Of a stretch of 64,000 nucleotides of DNA, positions 30,907-39,686 are shown in pieces. Made by a program: the position numbers and the translations under genes. The notes below the pieces were generated by a model, which saw only the letters and a list, made by a program, of their open reading frames with translations, was not told the DNA's origin and ran no database searches. The stretch's first letter is position 1. Every line of letters starts with the position of its first letter. Origin of the DNA: Nostoc sp. DedSLP01 (GTDB taxonomy: Bacteria; Cyanobacteriota; Cyanobacteriia; Cyanobacteriales; Nostocaceae); NCBI GenBank assembly GCA_034530875.2, contig JAVRCJ020000004.1:288001-352000 (forward strand), read 5' to 3'.

Positions 30907-31109
30907 CCTCTCAATGCCTACGAAGTTAGCTGACGGGCTAGGGCTGAGAGATGCCCTTCTTAAGAAAGTTCTGAGTTGGGAGTGAGGAGTGAAGAGTTAA
31001 TTAAAAACTCATAACTCATAACTCTGAACTCCTAACTTTCTCCAAGATACGCCCCATAATTTGGTTCCTCCGTTCCAGCTTCACACACTACGATGTGCTG
31101 GATTAGGCT
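30907..31109 (-). promoter_or_regulatory. c-di-AMP riboswitch (ydaO/yuaA class) upstream of the ABC operon
   Basis: Minus strand reads GCCTAATCC...GGAACGGAGGAACCA..TGGGGCGTATCT...TCTCTCA..GCCCGTCAGCTAACTTCGTAGGC..TGAGAGG. Confidence 0.88.
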
Positions 31110-31581
31110 GACTTACTCTAATAGATACGAAATTACCCACAATATAACATTGCTTGGATGACTATAACATTAATGCTCAGTAAAGTCATCTATCTTCTGA
31201 CGAACATTGTTTATTTAAATACTTAAATCAAGCATTTACCCTGGCTTTTGCGTAATTAAGAAATCTTATGCATTTGATAATTTTAGTTAAATCGCCAGTA
31301 AAACAGATAAACAGTAAGGAAAATAGTAATCGCTCAATCAAGCAACAAGATTATTAAGTGCAAATTCGTCTTCATACAGATGACAGATTTTATACTCGTA
31401 AAAATTTTCAATCGGAAGTGCGATCGAGGGATACCTACCGCCTAAGCGTATAAAACGATAGATAAAATCTATCACTTTTGATAGGTGAATTTTATAAATT
31501 ATTGAGTTAAGCCTCGCTCCAGTCGCTAAACTAGTTGGATATAGAAATTTGCTCATCTATCTCACTGTTGAATTTAACATA

Positions 31582-32772
31582 ATGGATTTTAGTCAATTTC
31601 TGGCTGAAAAAACTGATATCATCCTAGATAAGTGGGTAACAGCAGTTCGCAAAGACCAACGGATTGAAAGTGCTGATGACTTATCCTATACAGCAATCAA
31701 AAATCATATTCCTAATGTTTTGAAAGCAATGGTAACGGTACTTTCAAAATCTGAGGATAATGATATTCAGTCAATAATCGTTGCTAGTTTTGAACACGGA
31801 GCAATTCGAGCCGAACAAGGTTTCGACCCAACAGAAATTGCTAGAGAATATCATCTTTTAAGAACAGTAATATTTGATGCTATTCAGCCAGATTTACTTA
31901 AAGGAACACCGGCAGAGATAATTCGCTCTATGCGTTTGATTGACGCTATTGTAGATGAAGCGATCGCTCGATGTTTCAAAAGTTATGTTGAAGAACGTTT
32001 GCGAGAACTGAGGCATTTACAAATATCATTAACGCTGCACAATCAGGAACTCACACGCTTAATTAGCGCTAATCAAGAGTATATTTCCCAACTAGCCCAC
32101 GAATTAAAACATCCGCTAACTTCCATTATTGGCTACTCAGATTTGTTTCTCCGCCAACAGCGCAAAAATTCTCAGATAAAAGACAATTATACCAATTTAG
32201 AACATATTGAGCGAGTGCTACGCAACGGTAGGCAATTACTCCACCTAATTAATGATGTCTTGGAACTTTCGCGGTATGATGCGGGACAAATAAAACTCCA
32301 ATTAGCACCAACTAACGTGCCAGAACTCATTAATAATGTGTGTGAAATGTTGGAACCTTTAGCTGCGGAGAAACAATTACAAATTACAGTAGATTGTGAT
32401 GGACTTCCCGAAGAAGTAATTACAGATTCTTTTCAATTGCAACAAGTTATCACAAATCTTATTAGTAATGCAATTCGTTATACAGAGTCCGGGACTATTA
32501 TTGTAATGTGCCAGGTGATGGAGAAGCAAAAATGGGCGATCGCAGTTTCCGACACTGGAATTGGCATTGCACCGGAAGACCAAGCCCAGATATTTGAACC
32601 TTATTTTCGCGTTAGTGCTAGCGATCGTCCTTACCTTCCTGATAGTACAGGATTAGGACTAGCAATAGTTTCCCGCTTAGTGAAATTATTACAAGGTGAA
32701 ATTAGCTTAGTTTCTGAAGTGGGAGTTGGTTCAACTTTTACTGTAGTATTTCCATTGGAAGTCCAGATGTGA
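31582..32772 (+). CDS. Cytoplasmic sensor histidine kinase with N-terminal RsbRD-like domain
   Basis: HGAIRAEQGFD..EIAREY N-terminal motif; AHELKHPL H-box; N, G1, F, G2 boxes. Confidence 0.9.
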   Translation: MDFSQFLAEKTDIILDKWVTAVRKDQRIESADDLSYTAIKNHIPNVLKAMVTVLSKSEDNDIQSIIVASFEHGAIRAEQGFDPTEIAREYHLLRTVIFDAIQPDLLKGTPAEIIRSMRLIDAIVDEAIARCFKSYVEERLRELRHLQISLTLHNQELTRLISANQEYISQLAHELKHPLTSIIGYSDLFLRQQRKNSQIKDNYTNLEHIERVLRNGRQLLHLINDVLELSRYDAGQIKLQLAPTNVPELINNVCEMLEPLAAEKQLQITVDCDGLPEEVITDSFQLQQVITNLISNAIRYTESGTIIVMCQVMEKQKWAIAVSDTGIGIAPEDQAQIFEPYFRVSASDRPYLPDSTGLGLAIVSRLVKLLQGEISLVSEVGVGSTFTVVFPLEVQM

Positions 32773-32824
32773 GAAATTTCAGGAAATAGCGTACCCGTTC
32801 TCACTTGTACCTTCCAATTAATTT

Positions 32825-33508
32825 CTACACCAAACCTTGCTTTTTCAACTTAGCTAATGCATCTTCAGCAGCAGCTTTTTCAGCCTCTTTTTTATTACGT
32901 CCTTTACCTTCGCCATAAATTTTTTCGCCTACAAGTACTTTGGCTACGAACTCGGGCGCGTGAGACAAACCGCCTGTTTGAACTGTGACATATTTAGGAG
33001 GACTTTGGGTAACATTGCGTTGTACCCATTCTTGAAAGCGATTTTTTGAATCTACATTAGATCGAGAAACAACTATTTGTTCGGGTACAGAATCAAACAG
33101 CGGTTCTATAATTGCGCGAACTGCTTTGATATCTGAATTGTTGTCTAAATAATAAGCACCAAGAACAGCTTCAAATGTACTGCTAAGTAAATTGGGATTT
33201 TGGTAGCCTCCATCTAGAATTGCGCCTCTTCCTAATCGCATTCTTAAGTCTAAACCTACCTCAATAGCAAACTTTGCCAGCTGCTTTTCATCTACCAATG
33301 CAGAACGCCGACGCGTTAATTCATCTTCTCCCTTTTCTGGATGACGGCGATAGAGATATTCACCACTTAAGAAATTCAGCAAAGCATCACCGAGGAATTC
33401 TAGGCGTTCGTTATGTTCGCCTTCTCCTGGGTTTTCATGAACATAAGAACGGTGAGTTAGCGCGCGGCGTAGAAGTTTTTCATCACGGAATGTTAGAATT
33501 TTGTGCAT
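32825..33508 (-). CDS. rnc: Ribonuclease III
   Basis: HNERLEFLGDA signature; C-terminal dsRBD (KNRFQEWVQ...GEGKGRNKKEAEKAAA). Confidence 0.95.
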   Translation of the reverse strand: MHKILTFRDEKLLRRALTHRSYVHENPGEGEHNERLEFLGDALLNFLSGEYLYRRHPEKGEDELTRRRSALVDEKQLAKFAIEVGLDLRMRLGRGAILDGGYQNPNLLSSTFEAVLGAYYLDNNSDIKAVRAIIEPLFDSVPEQIVVSRSNVDSKNRFQEWVQRNVTQSPPKYVTVQTGGLSHAPEFVAKVLVGEKIYGEGKGRNKKEAEKAAAEDALAKLKKQGLV

Positions 33509-33578
33509 TTTTAAGTTTTATCTTGTTGCAAAAATAGATGAGTAGAAACTTGTCAAAGTGTAATTGTATTCAAACATC

Positions 33579-33630
33579 AAAAAACCGCAAATAGCGGTTT
33601 TGGTAATACCCAGTTTTTAATCAACTGGGT
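33579..33630 (-). terminator. Two stem-loops after the NYN gene, the second an intrinsic terminator-like hairpin with U-tract
   Basis: ACCCAGTT/AACTGGGT and AAAACCGC/GCGGTTTT followed by T-run on minus strand. Confidence 0.6.
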
Positions 33631-33644
33631 TTTTAAAAGCTATT

Positions 33645-34406
33645 TTAGGCAGCTAGTTTGTTAAATTTAATCAAAAATAATTCCTGACCTTGCCTTTGGA
33701 CTTTCCCATCGTTTACAGCAGCATTAACAAACTGACTAAAATTTTTAAATTTTTTGCCATCAGGTTTATGTATTGAGGAAACTCCCCGATATTCAGGGAA
33801 TAGATTACTCATCAAGTTGTTAATGTAGCCTAATCCTGTACGCTTTTTTTGATCTAACGCATTATTAATAGCTTTGGTCAGGTATTCTATAGCATCATTG
33901 TAATGAATCTCAGATTTGACAGTATTAGTTTGAGGCTGAGTCTTATTGCTAACTAATTGAGGCAATTCATCTATAAAATGAAATTCATCAGCACAGTCTT
34001 TCAACTTTTGTTTTACATTACCTCGTTGTGCAAAAATGATGACATTTTTTTGCTTGTCTTGGAGAAATTTAACTGGATTTACAAAGTCTCCATCTCCTGA
34101 GACAAGAATAATTATATCTGGAGACTGATTATTATATACGTCATCAATTAAGTCAGATTTAAGTTGATTGTCTGCACTGTTCTTTAAAGAGCAAGTAACA
34201 TCCTCACATTTAAAACCAATTTTTTGGAGATTCTTTATTACACAAGCGTGGTTCTGAAATAATGAATTATAGTAGACTTTTCTACTAATTAAACTACCTC
34301 TAGCATTAGCAAAAGTCAGCAATAAATCTGCTAATTCTTGGCTTAAATAGACATTTTCAGAATCGCAATAAATACCAATTTTTGGTTGCTGATGAGTCTC
34401 TTTCAT
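33645..34406 (-). CDS. NYN-domain (LabA/PIN-like) ribonuclease with probable C-terminal OST-HTH/LOTUS domain
   Basis: IYCDSENV, KNSADNQL, ILVSGDGDF, ADEFHFI motifs; C-terminal LGYINNLM...FKNFSQFV helical domain. Confidence 0.85.
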   Translation of the reverse strand: MKETHQQPKIGIYCDSENVYLSQELADLLLTFANARGSLISRKVYYNSLFQNHACVIKNLQKIGFKCEDVTCSLKNSADNQLKSDLIDDVYNNQSPDIIILVSGDGDFVNPVKFLQDKQKNVIIFAQRGNVKQKLKDCADEFHFIDELPQLVSNKTQPQTNTVKSEIHYNDAIEYLTKAINNALDQKKRTGLGYINNLMSNLFPEYRGVSSIHKPDGKKFKNFSQFVNAAVNDGKVQRQGQELFLIKFNKLAA

Positions 34407-34517
34407 TGTAATGTGTCCAATTTGGATTTGGTGAACTGGACAGCATCAACATCACATATCTAGTAGCAACATAGCCTTACGTCAGGAATCGATACTAAAA
34501 AATACATTCCCTTTCAT

Positions 34518-34770
34518 GAAGCTACAACTTCGACATTTGTTTAGTTTCAGTCTGAGTGTGATAATTTCTAGTTGGCTGCGCTACATCGGGTCATCCAGTT
34601 TGCTGAATATTTTTCCCAATATTAGATTTGTCACCTTCAAGTGAATCAAAGTATTTGACCTAGATATCAAGCTGAATACTCAGCAAATAGGATGATCCGA
34701 TGTAAGGCAGACAACTAGAAGTTATCACATTGAGACAACAACTAACATTTGCACTTTGGAGTTTTGCTTT
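34518..34770. ncRNA. Candidate long hairpin RNA upstream of the NYN gene
   Basis: 34550-34611 is the reverse complement of 34675-34736 at 52/62 positions without gaps; outer segments extend the pairing imperfectly. Confidence 0.55.
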
Positions 34771-34889
34771 AGAATGCGCTTATTTATACTGTCTAAATAG
34801 AGAATTACATAACTAATCTGCAATGTCAATATGACAATTTATGAAGATTCGTAAAAGCGATCGCCTCAAATAACCCTACTTAAAACCCT

Positions 34890-34922
34890 AGATACCCGAC
34901 TTCTTTAAGAAGTCGGGTATCT
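34890..34922. repeat. Palindromic dispersed repeat
   Basis: AGATACCCGACTTCTTTAAGAAGTCGGGTATCT inverted repeat with 16-bp arms. Confidence 0.7.
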
Positions 34923-35116
34923 TAAGTGTATCCGAACAGCGATCGCAGCAAAGTTATCGAATTAAATAAACTGAATTTTTCTAAATTCAATTAACTGGAA
35001 TAACAGAAAAAATTACGAGTTACCAGTATAGTAATTGCTTTTTCTGCGGCAAGAGACAATCGTTGGGATTGGGGACTAGTATTTTTACTCAGTATTTGAT
35101 GAGAAAGCTTTCTCTT

Positions 35117-35231
35117 GGGACTTCCAGAGAATAAATTAATCAATGTTATTTAAATGATATTCTTCTTTGTGCCCTCTGCTCCCTGCACCCTGTCTACACA
35201 GCGATTGATTATTTCTTTAATGGGAAGTCCC
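35117..35231. mobile_element. MITE-like element
   Basis: Ends GGGACTTCC / GGAAGTCCC with subterminal AATAAATTAATC / GATTGATTATT symmetry. Confidence 0.55.
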
Positions 35232-35368
35232 CTGTAGCCTGCGGGAATACTTTGGCGAACTGGCTTCTGCGTTCTGCCTTCTTCAACTATAATGTTAATC
35301 TGCAAAGCTACCAGATATGTTTTAAGTGGTCTGGAAGGTACTTTTAGTCTGTTTAGGGGACTGGATCT

Positions 35369-38300
35369 ATGATTAAGCCTGGTTTATTGGTACAGTCCCA
35401 GAATAACTATTTGGGTATAGGGAAAGTTATCGAAATATCTGAGACTAATGCGATCGTGGAGTATTTCTGCTCTATGGCGCAACGTCTGGAAAAAACGTTG
35501 CCTTTAAGTTCGCTGTCTCAAGTGAGGCTTGAACCCCAAGCGCGATGCTATATTAAATCCCAAAATCAAGATAAATGGCTCGTTGGCAGAGTTTTCGCCT
35601 GGGATGAAGATACAGAAGAATATCAAGTTGATTTGCCTGATAAGAAAACTGCAATCGTTACGGAAGATGAAATTTACGTCCGTTGTAATTTACCGAACAC
35701 AGACCCGATTGAAACTCTGGCCATGAAGGGTCACGAAACGCCGTACTTCCACGATAAAAGATTGGCTTTTGTGAAATCTTTGATTCAGCAACGTGCTGTC
35801 AGTCGCGGAATGACTGGACTGATTTCGGCAAATATTAATCTTTATCCCCATCAAGTAGAAGTTGTGCGGCGGGTACTGGAAGACCCAATTCAGCGCTACA
35901 TTTTAGCAGACGAGGTGGGACTGGGAAAAACCATTGAGGCGGGTGCAATTCTGCGCCAATTTCTGTTAGATGAACCGAAAAAAGGTGCGGTGATTATAGT
36001 TCCTAAATATTTGCTGCAACAATGGCGGACTGAGTTAGAAAATAAGTTTTATATTTCTTATTTTCCCAAACGAGTTGTAGTAATAGCAGTTGAAGATATT
36101 CATAAAGTTAATCTTAGAGCTAAAATAGGCTGTCTAATCTTAGATGAAGCTCATCATATTGCAGCAATGGCAACCTCTAGAGATGCAGCAGTGCGCCAGC
36201 GTTTTGAGACTTGCAAAGAATTAGCTCATAAAAGCGATCGCTTACTTTTATTATCCGCCACTCCAGTGGTAAATCACGAGCGAGATTTCCTCGCAATGTT
36301 GCATTTACTCGACCCCACAACTTATAGACTTGATGACTTAGCAGGTTTTCGCGCTAAAGTTGAAAGCCGCCAGCAAATTGGTAAAGTTCTCCTGGCTTTG
36401 CAAGAAGACACCAAGCCTGCTGTCTTGAAAAAGAATTTACAGGAATTACGCAGTCTGTTTCCGGACGATAAATATTTACTCAAGTTAGTAGAGGATTTAG
36501 AAAAATCTTCCGAACAAAATCAAATCATCCAAGCAATTCGCACCCACATCAGCGATACTTATCGACTGCACCGACGAATGCTTCGCAACCGTCGCGCTGC
36601 GGTGGAAGATGTGATATTTGACCGTAATTTTACACCAAAAGAAGAATACGATTTAGATGAGCGATCGCTCGATATTCACGAACTCATCAATCAATGGCGG
36701 ACTGTTGCTCCTCGCGAACAAGAATATCAACGAATTTTTCTCTTGTTCTTCCTTGCTTCTGGTACATGCTTAGGTATTTTAGAACAAGTAATTGCAGCTC
36801 GGTTAAATGGCAGACCTCATGTTAAACTCACTCAGGAGTTTAAAGAAGATGATATTCGCTTATTAACTACAACTCCGAAATTTTCAGGCGAAGAAGAAAT
36901 TTTAGAGTCCTTAGTCAAGATTGTTCGTCAACCTGTAGAAGACGGAGAACGCAAAGAAAGCTTAAGAACAATACTGCTAAATCAGCTAGGTACTTATTTC
37001 AAAATTCCGCCAAACGTCCGCAGAAATCAAAAAGAATTTCTCACTAGGATACAGCAGAGAATCAAGAGACCAATTGCGACGGATATTTTCCCTAAATTTA
37101 TTATCTTTACTAACTTTGTCCAAAGTTGTACCGAAATTGTGCGCTATTTATCTGATACCTTTGGTGTCGATGCAGTAGTCAGCCATCAATTTGGAGAATC
37201 ACCGGATAAAGTTGAAGAAGGTTTAAATAAATTCAAAAACAATCCTCACTGCTTTATTTTAGTATGCGATCGCTCTGGAGAAGAAGGACGCAATCTCCAG
37301 TTTGCTGACTGGTTAATTCATTTCGATTTGCCTTGGTCGCCGAATCAATTAGAACAAAGAATTGGCAGACTCGACCGCATTGGTAGCAAAATTGGCATCC
37401 AATCTAGTGTATTGATTGGCCCTTATTTAGAAGATAGTCCCCTCAATGCTTGGTATCAAGTTTTGAAAGATGGATTTGGAATTTTTCAGCAATCAATTGC
37501 TAGTTTCCAGTTTTATGTAGACGAGAAACTACCAGAATTAGAAGCAGCTTTGTTTGAATCTGGTGCTGCGGGACTGCTGCAAACGGTTGAGCCAATCAAA
37601 GAACAAATCCAAGCCGAAATCGTCAAAATTAGCGAACAAAATGCCTTAGATGAAATTGACGCTAGCGATGAAATTGCCACCGAGTATTTTCAAGAATTAG
37701 ACAATTATGATGCTCGGCATTTAGACATGAAACGAGCAATTGAAGGCTGGATTTGTGATGCCTTGGGTTTCAAATCAATTACTCACCCAGATTTACCAGA
37801 AATTAAACGCTATCAACCGATAACGCGGACATTAGTGCCAGTAAATGAGTTAAAAACCCGTTTTGCTGACAGTAATTTAGACCAATTTGGTACTTATAAC
37901 CGCAGGATCGCCAACCAAAATACTGGTGTTAAACTCTTGCGAGTTGGGGAAGGATTTGTCGAAGCGTTATTGAACTATATAGATTCGGATGACCGGGGTC
38001 AAGCCTTTGCTTTGTGGCGTACTGATGCGTCTTGGGATGCCAAAGAAGGTAAAGAATGGTTCGGTTTTCAATACAATTATATAGTCGAAACAAATTTAAA
38101 ACTTGCCAAACAAGTTTTAATTAATTACAAACTCGATAATTCCCAATACAAAATTTTGCAGCGACGTGTAGATGCTTTGTTTCCACCAATTATGGAAACT
38201 ATCTATGTTGACGGTCGCAAAGAGCCAATATCTGTTGTTGAAAATCCAGGATTGTTAAATATTTTGCAACGTTCGTATAAAGATAAAAACAACAATCAAC

Positions 38301-38656
38301 AACGAGATTACAATCTCGCAAAAGAACGCTTAGAAATTATTGACGATTTTGTTGAGCCTAGTAAATGGCAAAACTTTTGTTATGAAGTACGTAACGCTTC
38401 TTTAGCATTACTTACTAACCGTCCTGATTTTCAGGAATTGTGCGAAAAATACGCTAAAGTTGCCGAGAAGAAATTAGGCAATAGAGTAGAACAATTACGC
38501 CTGCTGCTAAATCAGCAAAGTTGGGATAAAACACTAGCTGAAGAACTTGAAATAGAAACTGCTATAAGTGCGGCAGTTTTAGAGGGAATTCGCCAGCCAA
38601 AAATCAAACTTGATTCTGTCGGTTTCATTATTGTATCCGGGCGATCGCTTGGATAA
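35369..38656 (+). CDS. dpdE: DpdE-like SNF2/RapA-family helicase
   Basis: LADEVGLGKT Walker A, DEAHH, LSATP, GEEGRNLQ, LEQRIGRLDRIG; overall layout (YPHQVEVVRRVLEDPIQRY, DDRGQAFALWR, C-terminal DSVGFIIVSG) recalls DpdE. Confidence 0.7.
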   Translation: MIKPGLLVQSQNNYLGIGKVIEISETNAIVEYFCSMAQRLEKTLPLSSLSQVRLEPQARCYIKSQNQDKWLVGRVFAWDEDTEEYQVDLPDKKTAIVTEDEIYVRCNLPNTDPIETLAMKGHETPYFHDKRLAFVKSLIQQRAVSRGMTGLISANINLYPHQVEVVRRVLEDPIQRYILADEVGLGKTIEAGAILRQFLLDEPKKGAVIIVPKYLLQQWRTELENKFYISYFPKRVVVIAVEDIHKVNLRAKIGCLILDEAHHIAAMATSRDAAVRQRFETCKELAHKSDRLLLLSATPVVNHERDFLAMLHLLDPTTYRLDDLAGFRAKVESRQQIGKVLLALQEDTKPAVLKKNLQELRSLFPDDKYLLKLVEDLEKSSEQNQIIQAIRTHISDTYRLHRRMLRNRRAAVEDVIFDRNFTPKEEYDLDERSLDIHELINQWRTVAPREQEYQRIFLLFFLASGTCLGILEQVIAARLNGRPHVKLTQEFKEDDIRLLTTTPKFSGEEEILESLVKIVRQPVEDGERKESLRTILLNQLGTYFKIPPNVRRNQKEFLTRIQQRIKRPIATDIFPKFIIFTNFVQSCTEIVRYLSDTFGVDAVVSHQFGESPDKVEEGLNKFKNNPHCFILVCDRSGEEGRNLQFADWLIHFDLPWSPNQLEQRIGRLDRIGSKIGIQSSVLIGPYLEDSPLNAWYQVLKDGFGIFQQSIASFQFYVDEKLPELEAALFESGAAGLLQTVEPIKEQIQAEIVKISEQNALDEIDASDEIATEYFQELDNYDARHLDMKRAIEGWICDALGFKSITHPDLPEIKRYQPITRTLVPVNELKTRFADSNLDQFGTYNRRIANQNTGVKLLRVGEGFVEALLNYIDSDDRGQAFALWRTDASWDAKEGKEWFGFQYNYIVETNLKLAKQVLINYKLDNSQYKILQRRVDALFPPIMETIYVDGRKEPISVVENPGLLNILQRSYKDKNNNQQRDYNLAKERLEIIDDFVEPSKWQNFCYEVRNASLALLTNRPDFQELCEKYAKVAEKKLGNRVEQLRLLLNQQSWDKTLAEELEIETAISAAVLEGIRQPKIKLDSVGFIIVSGRSLG

Positions 38657-38771
38657 TTTCAGCGATAGACTATGGGAGTGTGGCACATTTTTTCGTGTTG
38701 GCTGTTAAGTACAACTTAGCTGCAAGCTTGCTCAAGATATAGGTAAGAAGCGCAAGTCTTAATGACCCATT

Positions 38772-39218
38772 TCAGCTTTGAATTGGGTCATCTGGTGGTG
38801 GGTGTCGTCCAATTTCTCTATCAGCAGCACGAATATTAATTATTCTGGGTCGGTTGAATGCTAATTCTGTGATTGTGGCGCGTCCTGTTGGAGTCAAACC
38901 GATAATCAATAGTGTATCTGTTGACCAAATAAAGTGTTCTTGCCAGCTATCAGTGCGAGGATTAAATAAAGGTACTTCTGATAACGACTGTTCATCAAAG
39001 GCTTTAAGTTTATCTGATTTTTGACGATTGCAATGAAAACAAGCCAAAGCTAAATTATCAATTGAATTACCACCACCTTTGGTAAGAGGAATTACGTGGT
39101 CTACAGTGAAGAAAACATATTGCCATTGTTCCGATGCATGACAATATTCGCACAAAAACTTAGCTCGTTGTCGTACTTGATTTTGAGTAGCTTCACTAAT
39201 GTAACGCTTCACAGACAA
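38772..39218 (-). CDS. HNH endonuclease
   Basis: CEYC, VDHVIP..GG...DNLALACFHCNRQK, LFNPR. Confidence 0.92.
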   Translation of the reverse strand: MSVKRYISEATQNQVRQRAKFLCEYCHASEQWQYVFFTVDHVIPLTKGGGNSIDNLALACFHCNRQKSDKLKAFDEQSLSEVPLFNPRTDSWQEHFIWSTDTLLIIGLTPTGRATITELAFNRPRIINIRAADREIGRHPPPDDPIQS

Positions 39219-39238
39219 ACTTCTACTTTTCTATAATT

Positions 39239-39346
39239 CAATACAGTTCAGATAAGCCTATTTTTTCTTTCTTTGCCTTGTTTCCTGTTACCTGTTAAGA
39301 GTTTCCTTACCTCCACAGACGAAGTTTCTTAACACCAAGCGTATTG
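39239..39346. mobile_element. MITE-like element of the same family as 1296-1433
   Basis: Ends CAATACAGTTCAGATAAG / CTTAACACCAAGCGTATTG; flanks TTCTATAATT and TTCTATCATT (9/10). Confidence 0.65.
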
Positions 39347-39351
39347 TTCTA

Positions 39352-39609
39352 TCATTCACTTTGGTTTTGAGTGAGCGATGCATTTCTGATCGTCCTATTT
39401 ACAAAACTCAGATAATCGTCTAATTCTTCATATTCATCTAATTCTTTTTCTTCCTCTGAACTAAGTGCAGATTCTTTTTGTTTAATTAATAATGCTTCAA
39501 TTCGCCCTTGTACTAAACTCGAAGCTCGAAAGATTGGTACTCCTTCTACTAGCTCGATGCGAACAGCACCATCTAATGGTAAACTGTTAGGTAAGTGTGA
39601 CAATTTCAT
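39352..39609 (-). CDS. Small acidic helical protein upstream of HNH gene (antitoxin-like partner)
   Basis: 85 aa, RIEALL.K....LS.EEE.EL..YEELDDYL pattern; co-oriented with the HNH gene. Confidence 0.75.
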   Translation of the reverse strand: MKLSHLPNSLPLDGAVRIELVEGVPIFRASSLVQGRIEALLIKQKESALSSEEEKELDEYEELDDYLSFVNRTIRNASLTQNQSE

Positions 39610-39686
39610 TGGTAAATTAGTTATTATAGTATCTATCTTAAAATATACATGCTCATTTAATTAAAGAAAATTTTATTAATTTAAAA

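Noticed and set aside
34550..34736. Long hairpin as a MITE or retron ncRNA
   Set aside because: No target duplication or shared MITE ends, and no reverse transcriptase in the window; cannot be fully excluded without a genome-wide search.
38772..39609. HNH pair as cas genes for the adjacent array
   Set aside because: No Cas motifs; this small-partner plus HNH pair is a common stand-alone module.
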